Shown here: positions 1 to 8,265 of the stretch, piece by piece
Position numbering within the stretch: the stretch's first letter is position 1
Layout of the letters: each line of letters opens with the position of its first letter
Assembly: GCA_036262935.1 (NCBI GenBank)
Contig: DATAHW010000058.1
Span: forward strand, 6,024 to 70,023
Source of the DNA: Gemmatimonadales bacterium
GTDB lineage: Bacteria > Gemmatimonadota > Gemmatimonadetes > Gemmatimonadales > GWC2-71-9
Reading direction: 5' to 3'
Length of the DNA stretch: 64,000 nt
Made by a program: the position numbers and the translations under genes
The notes under the pieces: generated by a model
Databases searched by the model: none
What the model saw: only the letters and a program-made list of their open reading frames with translations
Told to the model about the DNA's origin: nothing

Positions 1-1464
1 GCGTCGCTGGTGGTGGTGAATCTGCTCGGCGGGTACATCGGCGGGCGGCTGGATCTTTCGCCGGGACGGGCGTACACCCTCTCACCGGCCACGCGTCAGG
101 TGCTCGGAAACCTGGACGATCTGGTTACGATCAAGCTGTTCGCCTCGGCGGAGCTCCCGACCGAGGTGGCGCTGATGAAGCGCGACGTGGACGACCTGCT
201 GCGCGACGTCCGCGCCGCGGGGCACGGCCGCATCCGGGTCATCGAGCGCGATCCGTCGAGCGATGCCGCAGCCCGGCAGGACGCGCAGTCGCTGGGCATC
301 CAGCCGGTGCAGTTCAACGTGATCGGCCAGTCGGAGCTGCAGGTGAAGCAGGGCTATCTGGGGCTGGCCATCCAGCACGGCTCCCAGACCGACGCGGTGC
401 CGTTCGTGCAGCAGACCGACGATCTCGAGTACCGTCTCATCTCCTCCATCCGGAACCTCACGCGCGCGCACAAGCCCGCCATCGGCTTCCTGGCCGGCGC
501 GGCCGGCGGCCCGAGCGCCGGCACCGGCTACCAGGACATGCAGGAGCAGCTCGCCAAATCGTACGACGTCCGGTCCCTCGCCCCGGGCGACTCGATCCAG
601 CACGACACCGCCTTCGCCGCGATCGTGCTGGCGGGGGCGCCGGATTCGGTCCCCGCGGGCCAGCTCGCCCGGCTCGAGCGCTACCTGGATCACGGCGGCA
701 GCATCCTCGTCCTGGCCGGCGGCATGGCGATCGCGCCGGACATGCCGATGGCCCGCCCGCGCGCGCTCCCCTGGAACGCGCTGCTGCAGCGATTCGGCAT
801 CTCGGTGCGCGGCGACCTGGCCTACGATCTCCTGGCCAACGAGGCGATTCCGGTCCCCAGCGACTTCGGACGGGTGATGCAGATGTACCCGTTCTTCATC
901 CGGGCGGAGAGTACGCGCCGCTCGCCCATCAACCAGGACCTGGGCGCCGCCGTCCTCACCTGGGCCAGCACGATCGACACCAGCAAGGCGGCGCCCGGCA
1001 CGATCACGCCGCTCCTGGTCACCAGCGACGCGGCCGGGACCTTCACCGACGCGGCCTCGATCGATCCCGGGAGCACCTTTCCGCGGGACAAGCTGGGCCG
1101 GCGGCTGCTGGCGGTGGTGGCGGCGCCCAGGGACAGCGCGCGGGGGCGTGCCGTGGTGATCGGCAGCACCGATTTCGCCACCGACCGATTCGTGCGGGTG
1201 GCACCCGAGAACCTGGCGCTCGCGCTCAACGCGACCGACTGGCTGGCGGAGGACGAAGGCCTGATCGCGATCCGTTCGAAGGACCGGCGGCCGGTGCCAC
1301 TCGTCTTCGAGACCGCGACCGAGCGGGAGCTGGCCAAGTACGGCAACCTGATCGGGCTGCCGCTGCTGGTCGCGCTGGTCGGGCTCGTGCACCTGGCCCG
1401 GCGGCGCCGCCGCACGCGGGAGCCCTACCAGCCATTCGTTCCCGCGGGGGAGGCGGCCACGTGA
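1..1464 (+). CDS. GldG-like auxiliary component of an ABC-type (gliding-associated) transport system. The 5' end is cut by the window edge.
   Basis: The frame is open from base 1. The large extracytoplasmic domain begins RLDLSPGRAYTLSPATRQVL..VTIKLFAS. The C-terminal TM helix LIGLPLLVALVGLV is followed by RRRRR. A GTGA stop/start overlap links it to the following DUF4340-like gene, its usual partner. Confidence 0.6.
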   Translation, partial: ASLVVVNLLGGYIGGRLDLSPGRAYTLSPATRQVLGNLDDLVTIKLFASAELPTEVALMKRDVDDLLRDVRAAGHGRIRVIERDPSSDAAARQDAQSLGIQPVQFNVIGQSELQVKQGYLGLAIQHGSQTDAVPFVQQTDDLEYRLISSIRNLTRAHKPAIGFLAGAAGGPSAGTGYQDMQEQLAKSYDVRSLAPGDSIQHDTAFAAIVLAGAPDSVPAGQLARLERYLDHGGSILVLAGGMAIAPDMPMARPRALPWNALLQRFGISVRGDLAYDLLANEAIPVPSDFGRVMQMYPFFIRAESTRRSPINQDLGAAVLTWASTIDTSKAAPGTITPLLVTSDAAGTFTDAASIDPGSTFPRDKLGRRLLAVVAAPRDSARGRAVVIGSTDFATDRFVRVAPENLALALNATDWLAEDEGLIAIRSKDRRPVPLVFETATERELAKYGNLIGLPLLVALVGLVHLARRRRRTREPYQPFVPAGEAAT

Positions 1465-2399
1465 GCGCGAAGCAGCTTCTCCGCCTGGTCATCCTGTTCG
1501 GTGTGGTGCTCGTCCTCTGGGGCGCCGCCGCGCTGGTGCGCCGTCGCGAGGTGGCGCCCGCGGCCGGCGACGCGTTCCGGCTCCCGCCGATCACGCGCTC
1601 GCAGGTGGACACGGTCGTGCTGTCGGATTCGGCCGGCACGGTCGTCCTCGCGAAGAAGGACACGAGTGCGTGGACCGCGAACGGGCACCGCGCGGACATG
1701 CAGGCAGTGGCGGATCTGCTCACCGCCCTGACCGACAGCGCACCCGGCGGCGAGCTCGTCGCCGAGCGGAAGGCGTCCCACGCGGCGCTCGGCGTGGACA
1801 GCGCGGGTGGAACCCGCGTGCGAGTGGCGGCTGGCGGCCGCACGCTGGCGGAGCTCGTCGTGGGCCACCGCGCGCCGGAGCTCTCGGGTGGGTACGTACG
1901 CCGGGCCGGCGAGGAGCCGACCTGGCTGGTGCGCGGGGGACTCGTCAATGCGCTGAGCCGCCGGGGCGACGAATGGCGCGACCACCGGATCGCGGCCGTC
2001 CCGCCCGACAGCATCGCGGCGATCGAGCTCTCGCGGGGTGCCAGGCGCTACACGGTGCGGCGTGCGGGAAGCGGGTGGGCGCTGTCGCCTGGCGGTGCGG
2101 CCGATTCGGCGCAGGCCGAGCAGCTCGTGGCGGCGTTCCGTACGGTGGATGCGACGGGCTTCCCGACGGAGGCGCAGGCGGACTCCGCGCGGTTCGAGCG
2201 GCCCGACCGCCGGGCGCGGCTGCTCCGGAAGGACGGGACGCCGCTGCTCACGCTTCTGTTCGATTCGACCGCCGCGGGGTTCCGGGTGCGGGCGGATACG
2301 GGGAAGACGGTGTACACGATGGACGGATACAGCGTGGACCGGCTGGTGCCGGCGGATAGCACGCTGGCGGTGAGTCGGGTACGCGGCAAGACCCGGTAA
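1461..2399 (+). CDS. DUF4340-like membrane-anchored protein, the usual partner of GldG-type proteins
   Basis: GTG start overlaps the upstream stop (GTGA). It has one N-terminal TM helix (LLRLVILFGVVLVLWGAAALV) followed by a soluble domain. Position and size fit DUF4340. Confidence 0.5.
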   Translation: MSAKQLLRLVILFGVVLVLWGAAALVRRREVAPAAGDAFRLPPITRSQVDTVVLSDSAGTVVLAKKDTSAWTANGHRADMQAVADLLTALTDSAPGGELVAERKASHAALGVDSAGGTRVRVAAGGRTLAELVVGHRAPELSGGYVRRAGEEPTWLVRGGLVNALSRRGDEWRDHRIAAVPPDSIAAIELSRGARRYTVRRAGSGWALSPGGAADSAQAEQLVAAFRTVDATGFPTEAQADSARFERPDRRARLLRKDGTPLLTLLFDSTAAGFRVRADTGKTVYTMDGYSVDRLVPADSTLAVSRVRGKTR

Positions 2400-2420
2400 A
2401 TAGGTCCCCTGCCCGCGGCC

Positions 2421-3704
2421 TCACCCGAACGGCTGGTCGATCCCCGCGCTCTGTCTCGAGAAGAACCTCGGTCCCTCCTCCGTCATGTAGATGCAGTCCT
2501 CCAGCCGGATACCGAACTCCCCGTAGATCGCGATCGTCGGTTCGTCGCTGAAGCACATCCCCGGCGCGAGCGGCGTGCTGTTGCCGCGCACGATGTACGG
2601 CCGCTCGTGCCCGTCCATGCCGATGCCGTGCCCCGTGCGATGCGGCAGCCCGGGTACCCGGTAGCCAGGCCCGAAGCCGGCGCCGGTGATCACCTGTCTG
2701 GCAGCTGCGTCGACCGCCTCGCACGGGACTCCGACCCTGGCGGCCGCGAACGCCGCGTCCTGCGCCCGCCGCTCCAGGTTCCAGATCTCGGTCTGCCGTG
2801 CGGTCGGAGTGCCGAAAACCGTGGTCCGCGTGATGTCGGACTGGTACCCGTGGAGCGCGCAGCCGGCGTCGAGCAGGACGATGTGGCCGGCCTCGAGCTT
2901 CTGCGGCTGCACGCTGCCGTGGGGAAACGCAGAGGATTTCCCGAACCCCACCAACGCCCACGGATCGGCGCCGCCCACCCGGCGGAGCGCCGCCAGCATG
3001 TTGTCCTCCAGGTCGTACTGCGTCATCCCCTCATGGAGCGCGGCGAACGCGGCCTTGAAGGCGGCGATGGTCATGTCGCTCACCCGCTGCATCAGCGCCA
3101 GCTCGGCGGAGGATTTGTACATCCGGCAGCCGGCTGTGATCGGCGTGGCGCTCGCCAGCTCGAGCGCGGGGAGCTCGGTCCGAAAGCCGTCCACGACGAA
3201 GAACCGCACGTCCTCTTCCAGCCCGATTCTCCCCGTGGCGACGCCGCGGTCCCGCAGCAACCCCGCGAGGAGCCGGAACGGGCTCTCGTCCTCCTGCCAG
3301 GTGCGCACGTCGTTCCCGAACCGGATCAGCTCCCGGGCGCGTGCCTCCTCGAACGCCGGGCAGATCCAGGCCGGCTCGCCGCGCGCCGGGAGCACGAGGA
3401 TGAACGGGCGCTCCGAGGTGGACCACCCCACCCCCGTGTAGTAGCTCATCGTGGAGCCCGGCTCGATGACCACCGCCCCGATCCCCAGCGTCGCCATGAG
3501 TCGCTGCGCCTTCGCGATCCGGGCGCGCCGCTCCGGATCGCCGATCGGCGCCGCCCCGGCCGTCATCGGCTCGAGCCGCCGGATGGGCGCGGGCAGATCG
3601 CAGGGATCGGGCTCACCGGCGGACGGTGCGCGGCCAGGCCGGGTGGCCGCGGCACCGGCCAGCCCGGTCAAGGTGATGGCGAATTCCCGTCGGGTGAGTT
3701 CCAT
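2421..3704 (-). CDS. M24 family Xaa-Pro aminopeptidase with a Tat signal peptide
   Basis: The N-terminus MELTRREFAITLTGLAGAAA carries a twin-arginine motif. The C-terminal pita-bread domain has metal-ligand contexts (LLDAGCALHGYQSDITRT, HRTGHGIGMDGHE, SDEPTIAIYGEFGIRLED). Confidence 0.75.
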   Translation of the reverse strand: MELTRREFAITLTGLAGAAATRPGRAPSAGEPDPCDLPAPIRRLEPMTAGAAPIGDPERRARIAKAQRLMATLGIGAVVIEPGSTMSYYTGVGWSTSERPFILVLPARGEPAWICPAFEEARARELIRFGNDVRTWQEDESPFRLLAGLLRDRGVATGRIGLEEDVRFFVVDGFRTELPALELASATPITAGCRMYKSSAELALMQRVSDMTIAAFKAAFAALHEGMTQYDLEDNMLAALRRVGGADPWALVGFGKSSAFPHGSVQPQKLEAGHIVLLDAGCALHGYQSDITRTTVFGTPTARQTEIWNLERRAQDAAFAAARVGVPCEAVDAAARQVITGAGFGPGYRVPGLPHRTGHGIGMDGHERPYIVRGNSTPLAPGMCFSDEPTIAIYGEFGIRLEDCIYMTEEGPRFFSRQSAGIDQPFG

Positions 3705-3780
3705 TTGAGTGGTGGGAAGCTACGGAGGATCCGCGCGCCCGGGAAGAGCGATACGTTCGGAGTCCAGCCGGAAGAAAGCC

Positions 3781-4318
3781 GTGAGACCGGCCGCTGAAGC
3801 CTTCCGGCGCCTCCGCGCCTTCGCCACAGCCGCGGCTCTGACGGCCACCGTGTCCGGTGGCCTGCTCGCCCAGACGGGCGCGGCGCCCTCCTATCACGTC
3901 GTCCGCTCCATCACGCTCGGCGGGAGCGGCCGGTGGGACTACATCACGCTGGACTCCGTGAAGCACCGGCTGTTCATCGCCCGGCAGACCCGGGTGATGG
4001 TGGTGAACCCCGAGTCCGGCAAACTGCTCGGTGAGGTTCCGGGGCTCGACGGCGCGCACGGCGTGGCCCTCGACTACGCGACGGGCCATGGCTTCGCCAC
4101 GTCGGGCCGCGACGGCAGCGTGACGATGTTCGCTCTCGGAACCCTGCGGGTGCTCCGGCGGACCCCGGCCGGCGCGGGCGCCGATGCCGTGCTCTACGAC
4201 CCCGCCTCCAGGCGCGTCTTCACCGACCATGGCGCTGGATCAGCGCACGCACCGGCTCTACACAGTGACGAGCCCGGCGTCGGACACCTTCTCACTGCTC
4301 GTGCTCGACCGCCGGTGA
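3781..4318 (+). pseudogene. YncE/YVTN-type beta-propeller remnant with an internal deletion and a frame change
   Basis: A signal peptide (..TVSGGLLA/QTG) and about 2.5 propeller blades (WDYITLDSVKHRLFIARQTRVMVV.., GVALDYATGHGFATSGRDGSVTMF.., AVLYDPASRRVFT) are read in frame 1. The typical family C-terminus (ALDQRTHRLYTVTSPASDTFSLLVLDRR*) continues in frame 2 from about 4229 and stops at 4316-4318. The total is about 180 codons, whereas I expect about 330 for this family. Confidence 0.5.
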
Positions 4319-4343
4319 CCAACCGGGCAGGAGGGATTCGCGC

Positions 4344-6215
4344 ATGACGTCGCTCGATCTCATCCCGTTCGGGGCCGAGGCGCAGCGGGCTGTGGAGCGC
4401 CAGTGGCTCGCGGCGGTCCGCGACCATGCCCTGCCGGGCGGGGTCCGGACAGCCGTGCGAAGCTCCTGGGAGCGAAGTCTCGGCGCGGCCGTGCCGCCCG
4501 ATCTGCGCGAGGCGCCGGTCGTCATGGACGCGAGCGCGCTGGTGGACGCGGTGGAGACCACCGACTGGCTCGACCTGGCCCGCGCCCGGATGGCAGAGCA
4601 CGAGCAGTCTTTCGCCGGCGCCGGACACATCCTCACGCTGTTCGATCACGAGGCCCGGATGCTGTCCGCCGAGGGCGATCCCGCCGCCCTGGAAGGCCTC
4701 GCCGACATCAATTTCCGCCCGGGTGCGCTCTGGTCCGAACACGTCGTCGGCACCAACGGGCCCGGCACCGCCCTCGCCACCGGCAGCGCCGTGCACATCG
4801 TCGGCGCCGAGCATTTCTGCGCCCGCTGGCAGCGCTGGCACTGTGCCGCGGTCCCCATCCGCGAACTGTCCACCGGGCGGAGCCTCGGCGTGCTCGACGT
4901 CTCCGGGTTCCGGGACCAGGCGCACCCGCACACCCTGAACCTGGCCCTAGCCCTCGCGCTGGCGATCGAGCAGAGCGTTGCCGCGCGAGAGATCGAGCGC
5001 CGGTATCTCGTGGTCACGCGGCTTACGCATCTGAGTCAGCGCTATCCTGCCGACGGCGTCGTGGCGGTCGACCGGCGTGGACGGATCCTCCTCGCCTCGC
5101 CCGCGGCGCCGACGGAGTTGAGCCCGGGGCGGGAAGATCCCGCGCTCCGGGCGCTCGTCCCGGAACTCGTCGGCCGGACGCGCGACCCGCTCCCGCAGGA
5201 GGTCGCCCTCGCGGGCGACGCAGGTGGTGGTGCAAGGCGAGGAGTGTGGCACCCCGTCCTGGAGGGGCACACCGTGGTAGGAGGCTGCCTGGTGCTGGAG
5301 CATCGGGAGACGGGAGCCCGTCCGCGCGCCCGGAAGGCGCCGGGCCGGCTGGGCAGCCCCCGGCACACCTTCGCCGACATCGTCGGGGAGAGCCCGGCGT
5401 GCCGGTCCGCCCGCCAGGCCGCGCTCGCCGCGGCCGGGACCGACTTGCCGGTTCTGCTCCTGGGCGAGCCGGGCACGGGCGCGGAGCTGTTCGCCCAGGC
5501 GATTCACCAGGCGGGGAGCCGGCGGGACCGGCCGTTTCTCGCCGCCAACTGCGCGGCGTTGTCCCGCCGACAGATCGAGGCGGCAGGAGAGGGGACCCTC
5601 TTCCTCGCCGAGCTGGGCGACCTGCCGCCCGCGGCCCAGGCGACGCTCCTCCGCGCACTGGAGGAGGGCGAGGACGTGCGGATCATCGGCGCCACCAGCC
5701 GCGATCCGGCCGCCCTGCTCGCGAGCGGCTTTGCGCCCGCGCTGTACCGTGCGATCAGCGTGATGCGCGTCCAGCTCCACCCGCTCCGCGCCAGGCGGGA
5801 GGACCTCCCCGCGCTTGCCGGCCGGCTATTCGAGACGGTAGCGCGTGACCTCGGCCGCCCCGAAGTGGTGGTCGACCCGGAGGTGCTCACCGCGTTCCAG
5901 GCGTACGCCTGGCCGGGGAACCTCCGGGAGCTCAGGAACGTGGTCCGCCGGCTGATGGTCTTTGCGGGACACACGATCGGGGTGGCCGATCTCCCGCAGG
6001 CCATCCGGGCGGCGCATTATGGCAATGCCATGGTCCCAGCGCCGCTCGCCCCCACCTCGCCCATCGACCTCGAGGACGCCCGGCTCATGGAAGTGATCAA
6101 CCGCTCCCATACCATGGCCGATGCCGCCGCCGAGCTCGGGGTCACCCGCAGCACCCTCTACCGCCGCATGGAACGCTTCGGGCTCCGGCCCAAGCGCGTG
6201 GTCGACCGGGAATAG
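4344..6215 (+). CDS. AcoR-like transcriptional activator (GAF-like sensor, degenerate sigma-54-type AAA+ core, Fis-type HTH)
   Basis: GGAGGG lies 8 nt upstream of the ATG. The central domain is recognisable (FADIVGESPA.., WPGNLRELRNVV) and the C-terminal HTH reads AAAELGVTRSTLYRRMERFGL. The Walker A is GEPGTGAE (Ala where Lys is expected), the Walker B is AELGD, and the ESELFGHEKGAFTGA segment is absent. Confidence 0.75.
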   Translation: MTSLDLIPFGAEAQRAVERQWLAAVRDHALPGGVRTAVRSSWERSLGAAVPPDLREAPVVMDASALVDAVETTDWLDLARARMAEHEQSFAGAGHILTLFDHEARMLSAEGDPAALEGLADINFRPGALWSEHVVGTNGPGTALATGSAVHIVGAEHFCARWQRWHCAAVPIRELSTGRSLGVLDVSGFRDQAHPHTLNLALALALAIEQSVAAREIERRYLVVTRLTHLSQRYPADGVVAVDRRGRILLASPAAPTELSPGREDPALRALVPELVGRTRDPLPQEVALAGDAGGGARRGVWHPVLEGHTVVGGCLVLEHRETGARPRARKAPGRLGSPRHTFADIVGESPACRSARQAALAAAGTDLPVLLLGEPGTGAELFAQAIHQAGSRRDRPFLAANCAALSRRQIEAAGEGTLFLAELGDLPPAAQATLLRALEEGEDVRIIGATSRDPAALLASGFAPALYRAISVMRVQLHPLRARREDLPALAGRLFETVARDLGRPEVVVDPEVLTAFQAYAWPGNLRELRNVVRRLMVFAGHTIGVADLPQAIRAAHYGNAMVPAPLAPTSPIDLEDARLMEVINRSHTMADAAAELGVTRSTLYRRMERFGLRPKRVVDRE

Positions 6216-6216
6216 C

Positions 6217-6234
6217 GCGCGACAAATGTCGCGC
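6217..6234. promoter_or_regulatory. Perfect inverted repeat GCGCGACA-AA-TGTCGCGC, 5 nt upstream of the -35 of the aldehyde dehydrogenase promoter. Candidate activator site, or a weak terminator hairpin.
   Basis: Read directly: 8-bp arms and a 2-nt spacer, starting 2 nt after the regulator's stop codon. Confidence 0.45.
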
Positions 6235-6239
6235 ACCGC

Positions 6240-6268
6240 TTGACCGCCGCCGCACCCGGCCGTATGGT
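6240..6268 (+). promoter_or_regulatory. Sigma-70-like promoter TTGACC-17 nt-TATGGT upstream of the aldehyde dehydrogenase gene
   Basis: Hexamers at 6240-6245 and 6263-6268 are separated by a 17-nt spacer. No TGGCAC-N5-TTGC (sigma-54) element was seen in 6216-6329. Confidence 0.4.
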
Positions 6269-6329
6269 CGAGCCAGTCCCTCTCGACGCGCACCCGCGCC
6301 GTCTGTCCCCTTCGTGTGGAGGTATCCCC

Positions 6330-7874
6330 GTGGGTACCACAACCCAGCAGCTCCCGACCGCGACGCTCCCGGCCGGCGTGAAGCTTCCCATTCCGATCCG
6401 GAGCCGGTACGACAACTGGATCGGCGGCGAGTACGCCGCGCCGGCGCGCGGCCAGTACTTCATGAACCCCACGCCCATCACCGGCCAGCCCCTGTGTGAG
6501 GTGGCCCGCTCGACCCACGAGGACGTGGACAAGGCGCTGGACGCGGCCCACGCCGCCGCGCTGAGCTGGAACACCACGTCGGCCGGCTACCGCGCCAACA
6601 TCCTCAACCGCATCGCGGACCGGCTGGAGCAGAACCTCGAGGCCATCGCGCTGATCGAGACGATCGACAACGGCAAGCCCATCCGCGAGACGATGGCGGC
6701 CGATCTGCCGCTCGCCATCGACCACTTCCGTTACTTCGCCGGGGCCATCCGGGCGCAGGAAGGCGGCATCTCCGAGCTCGACGCGGACACCGTCGCCTAT
6801 CACTTCCACGAGCCGCTCGGCGTCGTGGCGCAGATCATCCCGTGGAACTTTCCTCTGCTGATGGCCACGTGGAAGCTCGCTCCCGCGCTCGCGGCGGGGA
6901 ACTGCGTGGTCCTCAAGCCGGCCGAGCAGACGCCGGTGTCGATCATGGCGTTCATGGAGCTCATCGCCGACATCCTGCCGAGCGGCGTGGTCAACGTGGT
7001 GCAGGGCTTCGGCGTCGAGGCAGGCAAGCCGCTGGCGCAGAGCCCGCGGGTGGCCAAGGTGGCGTTCACCGGCGAGACCACGACCGGCCGGCTCATCATG
7101 CAGTACGCGTCGGAGAACCTGATTCCGGTGACGCTGGAGCTGGGCGGGAAGTCGCCCAACATCTTCTTCGCCGACGTCATGGAGGCGGATGACGACTTCT
7201 TCGACAAGGCGCTCGAGGGCTTCGCCATGTTCGCCCTCAACCAGGGCGAGGTCTGCACCTGTCCCTCCCGCGCCCTGGTGCAGGAATCCATCTACGACCG
7301 GTTCATGGAGCGCGCGGTGGCCCGCACCCGCGCCATCGTGGAAGGCAACCCGCTCGACCCCAACACCATGCTCGGTGCCCAGGCCTCGAATGACCAGCTA
7401 GAGAAGATTTTGAGCTACTTCGACATCGGAAAGAAGGAAGGAGCCAAGGTCCTCACCGGCGGGAAGCGCCGCGTGCACGAGGGGGAGCTGAGTGAGGGCT
7501 ACTACGTCCAGCCCACGATCCTCGAGGGCCACAACAAGATGCGCGTGTTCCAGGAGGAGATCTTCGGGCCGGTGGTGTCGGTCACCAAGTTCAAGGACTA
7601 CGACGACGCGCTCGCCATCGCCAACGACACGCTCTACGGCCTGGGCGCCGGGCTCTGGAGCCGGGACGCCAACACCTGTTACCGCATGGGCCGCGCGATC
7701 AAGGCCGGGCGCGTCTGGACCAACTGCTATCACCTGTATCCGGCGCACGCGGCGTTCGGCGGCTACAAGCAGTCGGGCATGGGGCGCGAGAACCACCGGA
7801 TGATGCTCGATCACTACCAGCAGACGAAGAACATGCTGGTCAGCTACAGCCCCAAGAAGCTTGGCTTCTTCTGA
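6330..7874 (+). CDS. NAD-dependent aldehyde dehydrogenase (AcoD/AldA-like, about 514 aa)
   Basis: I prefer the GTG start at 6330, with GGAGG 7 nt upstream. The ORF track's 6240 start adds a non-homologous extension. Family motifs are [14 protein letters not shown], the catalytic Cys context [11 protein letters not shown], and EEIFGPV. Confidence 0.85.
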   Translation: MGTTTQQLPTATLPAGVKLPIPIRSRYDNWIGGEYAAPARGQYFMNPTPITGQPLCEVARSTHEDVDKALDAAHAAALSWNTTSAGYRANILNRIADRLEQNLEAIALIETIDNGKPIRETMAADLPLAIDHFRYFAGAIRAQEGGISELDADTVAYHFHEPLGVVAQIIPWNFPLLMATWKLAPALAAGNCVVLKPAEQTPVSIMAFMELIADILPSGVVNVVQGFGVEAGKPLAQSPRVAKVAFTGETTTGRLIMQYASENLIPVTLELGGKSPNIFFADVMEADDDFFDKALEGFAMFALNQGEVCTCPSRALVQESIYDRFMERAVARTRAIVEGNPLDPNTMLGAQASNDQLEKILSYFDIGKKEGAKVLTGGKRRVHEGELSEGYYVQPTILEGHNKMRVFQEEIFGPVVSVTKFKDYDDALAIANDTLYGLGAGLWSRDANTCYRMGRAIKAGRVWTNCYHLYPAHAAFGGYKQSGMGRENHRMMLDHYQQTKNMLVSYSPKKLGFF

Positions 7875-8265
7875 TCCGCAGGCGGTCCCGCGCGTCGAGA
7901 TCACGCCCGAGGCCGCCACCGTGCTCCGCCAACTCGCGGCGGAGCACGGTCCGCTGCTCTTCCACCAGTCCGGCGGCTGCTGCGACGGCAGCTCGCCCAT
8001 GTGCTACCCCGCGCGCGAGTTCCGCGTGGGCCAACGCGATGTCATGCTGGGCGAGGTGGGGGGCGTGCCGGTGTACATCGGCGCGCTGCAGTACGAGCTG
8101 TGGCGCCACACCCAACTGCTGATCGACGTGGTACCGGGCCGGGGCGCGGGCTTCTCGCTCGAGGCGCCGCTCGGCGTGCGGTTCCTCACCCGATCGCGGG
8201 TGTTCGATCCGGCGGAGCAGGCGTGGCTGGACGGGTGCCCGCCCCGGATCGGACCGGCGGCGTAG
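7861..8265 (+). CDS. DUF779 family protein, the conserved partner of acoD-type aldehyde dehydrogenases
   Basis: It carries [18 protein letters not shown] and [16 protein letters not shown] motifs and lies immediately downstream of the dehydrogenase with a slight overlap. The exact start is uncertain. Confidence 0.7.
   Translation: MASSDPQAVPRVEITPEAATVLRQLAAEHGPLLFHQSGGCCDGSSPMCYPAREFRVGQRDVMLGEVGGVPVYIGALQYELWRHTQLLIDVVPGRGAGFSLEAPLGVRFLTRSRVFDPAEQAWLDGCPPRIGPAA

Noticed and set aside
6216-6329. A sigma-54 (-24/-12) promoter upstream of the aldehyde dehydrogenase, as expected for an AcoR regulon.
   Set aside because: No TGGCAC-N5-TTGC-like element is visible. A sigma-70-like TTGACC-17-TATGGT is present instead. 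This absence is used as part of the degenerate-activator finding.
8186-8265. An 80-nt convergent overlap between the DUF779 gene and the hybrid histidine kinase, considered as a possible functional antisense arrangement.
   Set aside because: The overlapping parts are non-conserved-looking tails after the recognisable domain ends of both proteins. It is most simply explained by late stop codons in GC-rich sequence.
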